Part shown: positions 50,201 through 61,365 of the stretch, piece after piece
Numbering within the stretch: position 1 is the first letter of the stretch
How the letters are laid out: every line of letters starts with the position of its first letter
Assembly: GCA_028534125.1 (NCBI GenBank)
Contig: CM052823.1
Coordinates: 74,276,001 to 74,340,000 of the forward strand
Direction of reading: 5' to 3'
Length of the DNA stretch: 64,000 nucleotides
Source of the DNA: Lama glama
Lineage: Eukaryota
Translations under genes and position numbers: made by a program
Notes under the pieces: generated by a model
Told to the model about the DNA's origin: nothing
Database searches by the model: none
Seen by the model: the letters and a program-made list of their open reading frames with translations, nothing else

Positions 50201-51605
50201 TTGAAGGTATGTCTTTCTGGCTAAACTGCAAACTACATGAATGCCAATTGTGTCTCCAGCCCCAGCACCCAGCCCAGTGCCTGCCCCACAGGAGGTCCTC
50301 ATAATCACTGAGTGCCTCATTGGATAAGTGAAAATGCAGAATGAGATAGAACAGGAGCTGGAGATATTTCAAACTGAGCTTCAGCATGGGCAGAAGGTGG
50401 ATACGATACTACAAAGCGTGTGTGGATGCTCCTGAAACTATATCAGAGGTTAGGAATTTCCAGGGGAAGGGGAAAAGAGGAAGGAAGGAAGGAACCGCAG
50501 CTCCTAGGGAACACAGGTTTTAAAAGACATTCACACCTGACGTCAATTCAATTTGTTTTAGTCCTATTACTAAGAACTTGTTTGGGACTTTAAATACCTT
50601 TGAAGAATGGCATGGAATTTTAGTTTCTGTCAAAAAGAACCATGTTTTTAAAGAACTTATAACGCTGTCTTGGCTCACTACTTCTACTACTTTTGCAGGG
50701 TAGAGGAAAGCAGTAATCACAGCTGTAACCAAATCCTCAGGAATCCCCACTGCATAAGAAGTAATGAAATTAATGGATCACGTTGACATAATCCCATAAG
50801 AAATATGAGAATATCCTTGGAAGTGAGAGACTACCTTCCAGGTGGCAAGCTGCTGCTAATTTAAGTCCCTAAGTGTGGTTATCAACTCCATCCTCCACTG
50901 CACTATTTATAAAGTCCAGTTACCTCCCCCTCTAAAGCGGCAAAACCTTTCGTTCCCAAAGAAATAAATACTTTCATTAACTTATAAGCGTACAATGACT
51001 ATCTAGCAGTGTAATGTTTTTAGGAAAATTAATTTCCAATCTTGATAGTTTATTCCCTACATTTGTGTTGTGGAAAAGTTGTCCCCAACATCAAGTATCA
51101 CGTGCAGTAATGAGACATGTCATGCCCTGGCAAGTATGGGGTACATGGACCTCTAACTGGGATGCTCACATTTCAGATTTCTTTTTGTTCCCTCTGCCAA
51201 GCAGAAATGAAGGTTTTCTCTTAATCCTAACGGCTCTGACGAGCATCAGTTTTCATATGAGCCTACTGTCCGATGTTCTGTGAAGTGGCACTCCCTGGAG
51301 GTTTGAGGAGAGCAAGCACCTTTCCAGTGAGAGGGCCTTCATGATGTCAGAGCAGTGGAAGAGCCCTGAAAGCAGAACCGCAGGGTGGAAGGGCACACAG
51401 GGACAGGGAAGAACCGCAGCTTCCCGACTGACACACACGGGGCATTCTGGGCTTCTCAGAACGCGGGAGGCCTGCAGCCGAAGCACGTGTTTGGTTATTC
51501 ACCCTTGACTCTCCCACGAAGTACTTAAGAGCAAGGGCCCCACACGACCCCATAACTTAAAAGGAAAAAGGAGAGTGGCAGATGGAGAGGGGCGATTGTA
51601 CCTAC

Positions 51606-51666
51606 CCGCGGCCCTGCTTTGTTCTAAACAGTTCTCATATACACTGCTGCACTTGGAGTTTCCAGG
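51606..51666 (-). CDS. SHC4: SHC4 exon 9 (61 nt)
   Basis: atacag|CCTGGA...GCCGCGG|gtaggt. Encodes PGNSKCSSVYENCLEQSRAA(G), and its phases match both neighbours. Confidence 0.94.
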
Positions 51667-53366
51667 CTGTATGAACAACAAATTGCAAAACATTAACAAA
51701 CACAGAATAAGTTCAGAAGCTTTATTATTTTTTCTTTAAAAAAAAAGTCTTCATTTTTTCCCTTTAAAAAAGTATCTTTTTTCCCATAAACTTTAAAAAC
51801 AAAATAATGTTCCCAGCAGAATTTAGTGGACAACTTCACTTTCCGACACAGGAAGTGCCTGACAGGTGAGAAAAGGAAACTGAGACTTTAGGTGGCGAGT
51901 ACAGACGCCTCTCCTGGTGCGTTGCTTTGGCATTACAGAGAAAGGTCTGACTGGGGTCGGGGGTGGTAAATGTAAGGGCTGTATCCGAGAGTTACTGCTT
52001 CCGCTTGGGAGGTCACGTTGCAGGACTCAATCCAAGTCTCAGCCAGAAAGTGTGATTTCCAGAACACTTGTGCAAACACTGGCCATGGAGTAAACCACTA
52101 TTTAACCATGAACCAGCAGACTGGAGCCCTACTCTACTGAGGTGTGTGCCAGGCTCACTTTTCATCCTTGAAAATCTCATGCTGTCAAAGGCGTCAATGA
52201 TCCCTTATACACATAGCTCTCTTCAGTAACGGTATAGGAGTCACTGATGCCTTTGAGAAGGGCAATGTCTATCCTTCAGAAAGATTGATCTGGCAGTTTC
52301 ATATAGGAGGATTTAAAGGAATGAAATCAGAGACAAGAATGGGGCTTTCAGAATCATCCAGGCAAGTGGGGACCAGAACTGAGGAAGACGCAAGAGGAAT
52401 GATAAAGGCTGGGTAGATTCAAGATATTTTCATGGTAGGATCCTAAGCCTTGAAGACTGAGTTGATATGAGGCCCAAATTGTGAGAAACAGAAAAGACTG
52501 AAGATCAGTGAAAGAGTAGGACTGCTATTAATAAACATGTGTAAATCAGTAAAGGAATCTGGCTTGGAGTCAAGCATAGAATGGTGAGTTTAATCTTGAT
52601 ATGAACTAGCAATATAATGCTTGCGGCATTATGGCTGGAGAGGGAGGTAACGACTGAGACTGAGAGGTTGGAGGAGTGCGCACAGAGGTGGCATGCCTGA
52701 GGTGAGACCAGGGCCAAGGCCAGACCCCTCGGAAGTGATTCCATGGAGGTGAGGCAGGGGCTCGACTTCACAGGGGAGGGGATGCAAGAAAACAAGATAT
52801 TAAAAAAAGATGCAACTTACTTTGAAACACATCAAAAATAAGATGGATTGATGGATGGCAGATAGCTACACAGGATGACAGAGCAAACAGAGTAAAAGTA
52901 TAACTGTAGGACCTAGGTGGTGAGCATCTGAGTACTCACTATGTATTTCTTCCAACTTTTTTGTGACACAGAGGTTGAAGGACGGACAAGGGCACAGAGT
53001 TGGGAGGAGGGGGTGGGCTCAGGAGCTCAGTGGAAAGATTAGCCATGGAGACAGTAGCTAAGGAAGAAAGTTAAGGAACACGTGGAAAGACCTGGAGATG
53101 GGAAAGGGTGAAGTTGAGGGTAACACGTTGGACAGTCCTAGTCTTCTCAGTGAAGTAAGATGTGAGGTCATCCCCTGAGGCCGAGGCTGGGGGATTAGGA
53201 GAACAAATTATTTAATACAGGCTCCGACAATGATTCACTCTCTGGCTCTGTAATGAGGAAGATGATACCTTCTCTAAACCAGCATTTGGAAATCCTCAAA
53301 TTAAGCTCTCTGGTGATAAGGACAGAAGTGCATGGCTAGCTCCAATAGCAATAAAACATTACTTAC

Positions 53367-53538
53367 CAAATAGCACAACTTTTCACACCGTATGGGACAG
53401 TAAGCCATTTGTTCTGTGGCTTGAACTTGGATCCGCACATCTGAAACACCACCAGCAGGCGGCTGCTTCCCTGGGATTTCATTGTAATACTCATGATCCC
53501 CTCTCTCCTCGGCATGGCCGTCAACATGCACCTCCTCA
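53367..53538 (-). CDS. SHC4: SHC4 exon 8 (172 nt, CH1 with YYN motif)
   Basis: ttacag|TGAGGAG...TATTTG|gtaagt. Encodes (S)EEVHVDGHAEERGDHEYYNEIPGKQPPAGGVSDVRIQVQATEQMAYCPIRCEKLCYL. Confidence 0.96.
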
Positions 53539-53799
53539 CTGTAAGGGAAAAAAGCATCCCCAAGACACTGGGTGGGAATTCAAATGCTGTGGGGGATGCA
53601 GAGGGAGCAAAGCCATGTAAATCGTCCTGAAAAACTTCGCATTCATGTTTTAAGTTTATAGCTGTGCTTAAGTGATGTCAAACTTCTGGATGGAAGCAAC
53701 CATATGGTTGAGTTGTTTAGCTTTCTGTAGACAATTAAAGTGGGGTCAGCCAACAAAAAGTGCCAGGGGTGATGCTTTTGTGTCTTTCCTCAGTGATAA

Positions 53800-53920
53800 A
53801 ATATGTGTATGGGTGTGTATATCCATATACATACATAGATATGCATGTGTATTATGTATATGTATGTATGTGCGTGTATATATATATAGATATATACACA
53901 TATGTATCTACATATCTATA
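53800..53920. repeat. Degenerate (TA/TG/CA)n alternating purine-pyrimidine tract
   Basis: atatgtgtatgggtgtgtatatccatatacatacatagatatgcatgtgtattatgtatatgtatgtatgtgcgtgtatatatatatag... Confidence 0.8.
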
Positions 53921-55168
53921 CGAACTCCCTGAATGTAAGGTGTTTTGTCAATAGGATAAAAATACAAAGTTTTCCTGGTTGTCTCCAGAATGCTTTCACT
54001 GTATCATTTCGGAAATGCTTTGCTTGAAGAAAATTTAGATATTGGACAGAGGGCCTGGCCCAGTTTATTAAGCTAAGATGAAAATAATACAAGAGCTATG
54101 GCCAACTATCTTGTCTGCACAAATCTGGAATATATGAGATTCATAAAGAAATATCAGAACCATATGTGGCAAGTGGGTAGATTTACGTAAACATGCATTG
54201 TTTTAAAAATTGAAACAAGGCAAAAAAAAAAAAAAGGATTTTTTTTCTTCCAAATCGGAATTAGTAAAAGTTGCTTATGACAAAGAATAAATCAAGTCCA
54301 TTTGGACTGAGCTGATTCCACTGACAACCCACACAGTTTTGTTGGGTTCATTACATGTCAACAAAATGACAGCACTCAGATGTAAGTGCTACCCTAGGGA
54401 AAATCCAACACCAGGGCCTGCTGCGAGCTCCTCTCCTCCGCTACCCTAGCCCACCTCCTAGAGGGAGATCTCCAGACCCAGTGTTGGCCGAGACACAAAA
54501 TGACAAAGTACGGGTTTCCAGAAATGCACTTAAAAGTGCCTGAGAGTTTTGCTTCTTGGGTGTGAAATCTACTAGCCGGCGGCCTCACTGCATTCCCACT
54601 CGTGGTGGATTCTGACAGGCCTGAAAGGGCTCAGCTTTCCTGGTGGACTTCCTGTGCCTCAGACAGAACCGCCAGATCCCCGGGTCACGTCGTGTTCTAC
54701 CCCTGTCATAGCTTAGCTGGAGCTGATCTAGTTGCACTGCAAACCAGCAAACCAACAGGAATTCTTGCTCCAGCCATTGTATTCTTATTATTCTGCTCTT
54801 CTTCCTTAATTTTTTAAAATGGATAATGCAAGGGATCTGGGGTTGAAACAAATCTGAGAAATGTGTTGATGCTTATTATTTTATGATACTGCCTGATTCA
54901 CTCATAGTTCTGTATACCATCAGAGAAACAGGGTCAGCCCCTTCCCACTGTTAGTGTTTCCTTTAATTCTGCTACAGAGCAAGGGGGAATATCTGGACAA
55001 ATATGAATGGAGGGAAAAAACAGAAAATGTCACTGTTAGATTGGACTGAAACTGTACCTGTTTGTAGGAAAAACACTACTGATTTCATTGCTCAATTTAA
55101 AATGCTATGTTAACTTTAAAACCAAACGAAATACGGTAAGTCAAATAATTATAGAACTCCTGGCTGAC

Positions 55169-55292
55169 CTTTCACAAGACGTATTCAAAGAAGGATTTTT
55201 CAAATACTGTTTAAACCGGAGTTCGAAGGCCTGCCCTATGGTACTTATGACGTCTTGGGCCATTCCACTGCGGCACTCCAATATGTGGCAGG
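55169..55292 (-). CDS. SHC4: SHC4 exon 7 (124 nt, end of PTB domain)
   Basis: ttgcag|CCTGCCAC...TGAAAG|gtcagc. Encodes (A)[40 protein letters not shown]. Earlier exons were not found in the window. Confidence 0.97.
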
Positions 55293-55659
55293 CTGCAAGA
55301 GGACACACAAAACAATTACCATCGACTGTCAGTAAGAGAAGGGTATATAAAGTCAAAACACCTGCAGAACAGGAACTGGGAACTGAATAAAAGGAAGCAG
55401 GTTTACAAGCTCTCTTCAGCTCTGAAATGGCATAAAGAATACCTCATATTTCACATGCATCAAACAGAAGAAACATTCATATTTTACAACCAAGTATCTC
55501 AAAACATTTACAATTTTTTGCCTTGAGGTAGATATCTGGGGCCCACATTTTAATAAAGGCAGACTCAGCTTGACTAATCGTGTGACTCTGGTTCAGTGCT
55601 AGATCTAGAATTCCACCCAGAAGATGCTTAGAGCAGCAACCTGGCGGGAAGATGAGGGG

Positions 55660-55785
55660 TTTTTTGTTTTGTTTTAATTTACTTACATTTTATTGAAGTA
55701 CAGTCAATTTCAGTGTCTCAATTTCTGGTATACAGCACAATGTCCCAAGCATGCACACACATACATATATCCTTTTTCATATTTT
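55660..55785 (-). mobile_element. Very short L1 3' end, sense to SHC4, with TSD
   Basis: ttttattgaagtacagtca...tttctggtatacagcac is the reverse complement of the L1 3' motif. GGGAAGATGAG occurs at 55646-55656 and 55790-55800. Confidence 0.8.
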
Positions 55786-56169
55786 GGTGGGGAAGATGAG
55801 TAGTCTTGCTTTCACATGGCGTGCCACAGATGACTGAAAAAAAGGTGACTTTCTAAGCTCCCCCCAACAGAATGGGGGATGAGCTACTGGTGAAGATAGG
55901 GGCTTTACAACGCTCCCTCCGCTAGCCGTTCCTTTGCCCTGTCTTTGAAATCCTACCAAAGAACTATCTCCAATAAGCATCAAAATAAAGATGTCATGAA
56001 GACAACATTACCAGAAGATGTTCAAAATTTTTACGAGACACTTTATTTGAGAAGCAGTTACTGGAAAGGACTAATTTTCCTGAGCAAATTCAAGAAGCAA
56101 ATTGTGGAGAGGGCCGCTGACAGACTCTCACAAACAAATTAGCAAGGCCGCCGCTGCCGCTACGTAAAA

Positions 56170-56560
56170 ACAGGAGCTTATGTTTGGGGACCATAAATTA
56201 ACCTCCCCACCATGAGGAATATCAGGCTTGCCTTGGTTAGAGTATGGTGTCGTGCTTAGGGCCTTACCATACGAAGATTTAACTGAATTTGCGGTTTCAT
56301 AAGGATGGCATAGAAAAGGTCGTAAGGATGGCTTAAAGTGAGAGGCAGTAAGTCCCATGAGAAAAATTTTAACAACAAATTGGTTTGTATAGAATTGAGG
56401 GGTGAGGAAAAGCTTGATAATGGTTAAGCATATACAAGAATGTTGTAAAAACCTGTCAGCTATTCTCTGAGAACAGGAAAGGCTTAAATGAGAGCACAGG
56501 GAATCAGACACCCGGGAAGGTATGAAGTTGTGGGACTAATGTGGGAATATATTACCAAAA
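56170..56560 (+). mobile_element. Ancient CR1/L3-like LINE remnant
   Basis: gccttggttagagtatggtgtcgtgcttagggccttaccatac...aaggatggcttaaag...tcccatgagaaaa weakly resembles the L3 3' region. Confidence 0.4.
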
Positions 56561-56939
56561 GGGACACCCGAGGAGAGCAGAGCCCCGTCCTGATAGAATG
56601 ATTTAACTGTGTTGACTTGGAAGCATGATTTTAGGCTTTGCATTATCTTAGAAAGGATTTTGTATTTATTTAAAGTAAAAGGCAATCCATTCACATCTAA
56701 TGGAATTTGCAGAGCCTCTCACGGCAGGTGACAGTAGAACATGCAACGGTGTTTCCTAGCTTTATGCGGATAATCATCTCAAGGAATGTCAGATAATTCT
56801 CATTTCAGAATTAGCTGAACATTTACTTAAAGGATTTATGTCTCTGAACTTCCGGAAGGGATATTTGTGTATATGGGGGTGGGTGGTATTATTAAATCAA
56901 ACAACATTAAGGTGCCAAACCTCCAAAAGTTATTTAACT

Positions 56940-57077
56940 TTTCTTTTTTAAAAATAATTTTTGTGGGGGTCAACTAGGTTTATGTATTACTTACTTATGT
57001 ATTTGAAATGGAGGTGGGGGGGATTGAACCTTGTGAATGCTAAGTACACACTCTACCCCTGAGCTATAACCTACTCC
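56940..57077 (-). mobile_element. tRNA-derived SINE (degenerate)
   Basis: aatggaggtgggggggattgaacc...ctctacccctgagctata. Confidence 0.8.
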
Positions 57078-57209
57078 TTATCATTGCTTATAAGGTTGTC
57101 CCTTTAAAGAAACAACTTGGATCCTGAAACAGACTTAGGAGCTAATTACAGTTTTGAAAACTCAATTAAGAAAATTCGTAACCGAAGGGAAAATGTTTGG
57201 GCTGTCTTT

Positions 57210-57516
57210 TATTTTATCTTATTTTTTTGAATTTTTTTTTTTGAGGGAGGTAATTAGGTTTAATTATTTACTTACTTGATGGAGGTACTGGCAATTGAAC
57301 CCAGGACCTCATGCAGGCTAAGCATGCACTTTACCAATTGAGCTATACCCTCCCCCCAAGATATTTTATTTATTCATTATTATATTATTTATTTTTATTT
57401 TGGAAGGGGAGCTAATTAGGTTTATTAATTTCTTGTACAGGATGTACTGGGGATTAAACCCAGGACCTTGTGTATGCAAAGCATGCACTCTTCCAGTTGA
57501 GCTATACCTTCCCACC
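57210..57516 (-). mobile_element. Two tandem tRNA-derived SINEs inside one TSD
   Basis: SINE heads at about 57356 and 57516. TGGGCTGTCTTT occurs at 57198-57209 and 57517-57528. Confidence 0.85.
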
Positions 57517-58150
57517 TGGGCTGTCTTTAGACTGCCATTGTATATTGCCCCTTCTTTTTCTCTACACAAGCTTCACATAGTGACCAATGCATAGAAGGTG
57601 TTTTTAAAATAGGTGTTGAAGGAATAAATACTGATTTCTCTGAATCACACCAAAAACCCAACTGTGAGAAACTGTCTTCACTTTTACTGAAGTGAGACCC
57701 ATAGGGAGCCCCCATCATGGGCAGGTTCTCACAACCAAGGAGCAGTACACATGATTGCTTGGGTCATTTGTGGCAATGGTCTCCTCCTTCCTGGTCAGAC
57801 CTCATATCCTTAAATCTTCAAAGTGCCCTTGGAGATGCATCGTCCAGTTGGCTCAAAAGAAGTTGTGTTATACTGTGATAAGAAAAGGTAATTCACTTGA
57901 TATCTTTTCTTTCATCTCATAAATTCCTGGTCCAATTAAAAATCAAGACTGGAAATCGCATCAAAATGTAAATAATTTTTGAAATTTTATTTTCTCTTAG
58001 GATCAAGAAGATGTCTGGAGATAAAGATGGAAAAGATAATGAGAGAGGCAGGAAATTCAAGCATAAATAAATAGATAAGTAAAAAAAATAGACAGATAAA
58101 GAAAGAAAAACTGAAATGTCCCTCCCATGAGAAGGATGAGAGAACAAGGA

Positions 58151-58198
58151 TGTTTGAAAGAACTCTATGCAGAGATTCAGATCCCAGTTCAAGTTCCA
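58151..58198 (+). repeat. 48-bp direct repeat, copy 1
   Basis: 45/48 identical to 61318-61365. Confidence 0.9.
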
Positions 58199-60558
58199 AT
58201 TATGCCATGATCTATGTGAATAAGTTATTCTATAGCAAGGTCCTCACTGCCAAGGCACTGAATGATCTTTGAAGTCCCCTCCTGCTTTATAGAAATCCTA
58301 GCCTCCCTCTGTTGCAGGAGTTTAAGGAACAAGGCAAAGCACGTGGGCACACAGGAATGAATGAATCAACCAAAGCCACCAACTGTCCTCTCCCGCTTCT
58401 CATGTGCTTCTAAAATGTCTTAATTTTTCTCAACTTTTCTGATTCTGACACTTGAGGTCCTGGTCCTGTTCCTGGGCTGATGTTACCAACATAATTTTCC
58501 GCTTTGCCTTAGGTAACCTTGTTACTTTTCTAAGCTTAAACAGAAAGAAAAAGAGAAAATAGTGGTGCCTATCTCCACCAAAGAAACAGCTGGACAAAAA
58601 GCCTGACCTGGGCAGGCGCTCCGCTCCGCGCAGCCTCGCCACCTGCAGGGGACGCATGTGTGGATGGTGCTCTTGCTGCTCTCACGTGTTGCTCTGTGAA
58701 AATGCTCTTTGTTCTTTTTTAGGCTGCTCATGAGCTAGATGAAGAATGAGCTTTGAATCACATACAAATATGCCCATTTCCCCAGTGCTAGACCCACCTC
58801 CAAAAGCCCAGATAAGTACCAGCTTGGCCAAGAACTGCCCAATCTTCAGCTAATGGTAAGGAAGAAAGACAAGTTTATAAAAGTCCCAATGACCAGAAAA
58901 GAATTTGACTTTCCAGTGATGTGATAATTTTGCATGGAAGCCTGAGCTTTGATCTCCATGTCTGGAATCAGACACAGACTTGGGTCCTTTTCATCCTGCC
59001 TTGTAACCAGACAGACCCACAGTTCTACTCTGGGTATGGGGTGCTTTATGAAGTAAGATTTAGAAGAATCTCAGATTCATATTCTCTGTCTTTTTCATTT
59101 GGTTTCCTAATTGGATAGTTATGGGCAAGAGGCTGAGAACAATTCTTAGAGAATAACAGGCCCTTCTTTACTATTTTATATGTATTTTAAATAGGTCCGT
59201 TGTTGCTGTTGGCTTGTTTTTGTTTCTGTTTTTTGCTTTTATTAGAAAAGCAGAAATTCAAAAGTGCAGCTTCTCAGGTGAACCACCAGATGGAGCTGTG
59301 GGACTAAAAGTCTAGCACTGCTTATGAAGAAACCAGTGGGAAGAAGCTAGCCAGCAGTCCGACTACAGTGAGCGAATGACACCAGGACGAATGCAAGTAT
59401 TTTATAACCACAAAGATAAATATACATAATTAGGTTAATTTAAATTGGTTTTACAGGTGGTATTTGTTTTACTTTCTTCGGTGACTCAGGACCATGGCCT
59501 TCCTATATCAGGTAGTCCAGGTAAACTAGGGTCAGACAGAATATTTAAACCTTCCTGTACTAGACACATTTGCGTAAGAGGTGAAGAGATTTCCCCATTG
59601 ACAGCAATTACAGGGGCCGGCTGTATTAGTCACCAGGTAGACTCAACACATTCTTACTAGAACTCATCTTGTCTACAGAAAAGGCCTTTTATGAAATGAG
59701 TTCACTAAAGGGTCCTAGCTGAGATGGAAAAGTGTCAGCTTCCCTTACTTGAATGCATTAATGCTAAAAAAGTGAATCAAGCAAACAGTGGGAACATTTA
59801 GGATTATTAGCATGAAACCTAGGCTCTCTGCCTCTCAGCCAGGCTCCCCTTGTCCCTGAGGTCTGGCCCCTGCCTTTACCCAGCCTGTCAACTGCTGGGC
59901 TCAGTGGCATTTTTCATCATCTTTCCCCTTAATTCCCTTTCAGTCTGAGACATTCCCAGCTGTCTTCTCCCAGAGAAACTTGCTCTTCCTCCATCTTCAC
60001 TAATACTCATCTCTTGGTTTTGTCCCACTCCCTGAGAACCTCAGCCCTCTTCTTCCTGGGTTCTTCCTTCAGTGATCTTGCTCACCCTTAGGACTAAGAG
60101 CTGCTGTTTCCCCAGTCCTGCACCTGAAGGCCTGGTGTCTCTCCCACCCCTCCACCCACCTCCGGGCTTCTCCTCCACTAAACATTTTCCCCTGCATGAA
60201 CCCAACTCACTAGGTGATTTTCTAGCATTGTCTCTGGTTTCACTATTTTCTGGTATTTATTCAGGGATTTTGAGCATTCTTTTCCTTTCACAAAGGTAAT
60301 AAATATTCATTATCGGAGTTTTAGAAAATTAAAAAAAACTCCAAGAAGAAATACAAATTACATAAGTCTCACTGTCCAGGAGTAACTACACACTATTAAT
60401 ATTTTGGCATGTATCTTTCCAATCTTTTTACCAAAAAATTACCTGGGATCATACTATACACATTGTTTCATAATCTGCTTTTTGCACTTAACAATATTGT
60501 GAATATTTTCCCCATGTCATTATTTATTCTATAACACTAGCTTTAATTGCTACATCGA

Positions 60559-60692
60559 GGGGGAGGGTATATCTCAGGGGTAGAGTGTGTGCTTAGCATG
60601 CATGAGGTCTGGGTTCAATCCCCAGCACCTCCATTAAAAAACAAACAAACAAACAAACACAATCACCCACCCCTAAAAAAAAGCTTAAAAAA
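60559..60692 (+). mobile_element. tRNA-derived SINE inside an old antisense L1M fragment (about 60290-61080)
   Basis: gggggagggtatatctcaggggtagag...gggttcaatccccagcacctccattaaaaa(acaa)n. Confidence 0.85.
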
Positions 60693-61317
60693 TTAAATTG
60701 CATCAGAGTACATTCATTGGATTCATTTAAATAATTTGCTATTTATGAATACTGAGTTTTCTTCTTCCTATTATATAAATAACATATGACAGTGATCTTT
60801 ATTGCTTTAATCTTTGTGCATGGCTTACTCCCTTAGACGTGGCATTGCTGGTTGAAAAGTATTTACATTTTTTAAAGTTTTGATGCAAACTGCCAAATTG
60901 CTCTCCATTTGGACCTACACTCCTACCAGCAGTGTTAAGAGTTATTACTACTCTAAATCACGTTTTACCTTTGATCAGTGTTTGAAACTGAAAGACAAAA
61001 TATGATACCTAATCATAATTTGTGTTTCTCTGATTGCTAATAAAGTTAAACTTTTTTTTTTTAACATTTCTTGGTGCCTTGTTAAGTGTGTACTCCACAC
61101 CTGGAGTTGGGCCAGGTGCTTACTGGCTGGGTGAGCTTAGTAAAACCATCTTGTCTCAACTCCAGAGTTTCCTCCTATAAAACAGAAGTGATACCTTACC
61201 TCACAGAATTTTTGTGAGGATGAAATAAGACAGTGAAGACTATGTACTCCTGACAATGCCTGGCATGTGGTGAGCACACAACAAATGATGACGTTTTTGT
61301 CTATTTCTCTGTCGGGT

Positions 61318-61365
61318 TGTCTGAAAGAACTCTATGCAGAGATCCAGATCCAAGTTCAAGTTCCA
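61318..61365 (+). repeat. 48-bp direct repeat, copy 2
   Basis: 45/48 identical to 58151-58198. Confidence 0.9.
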
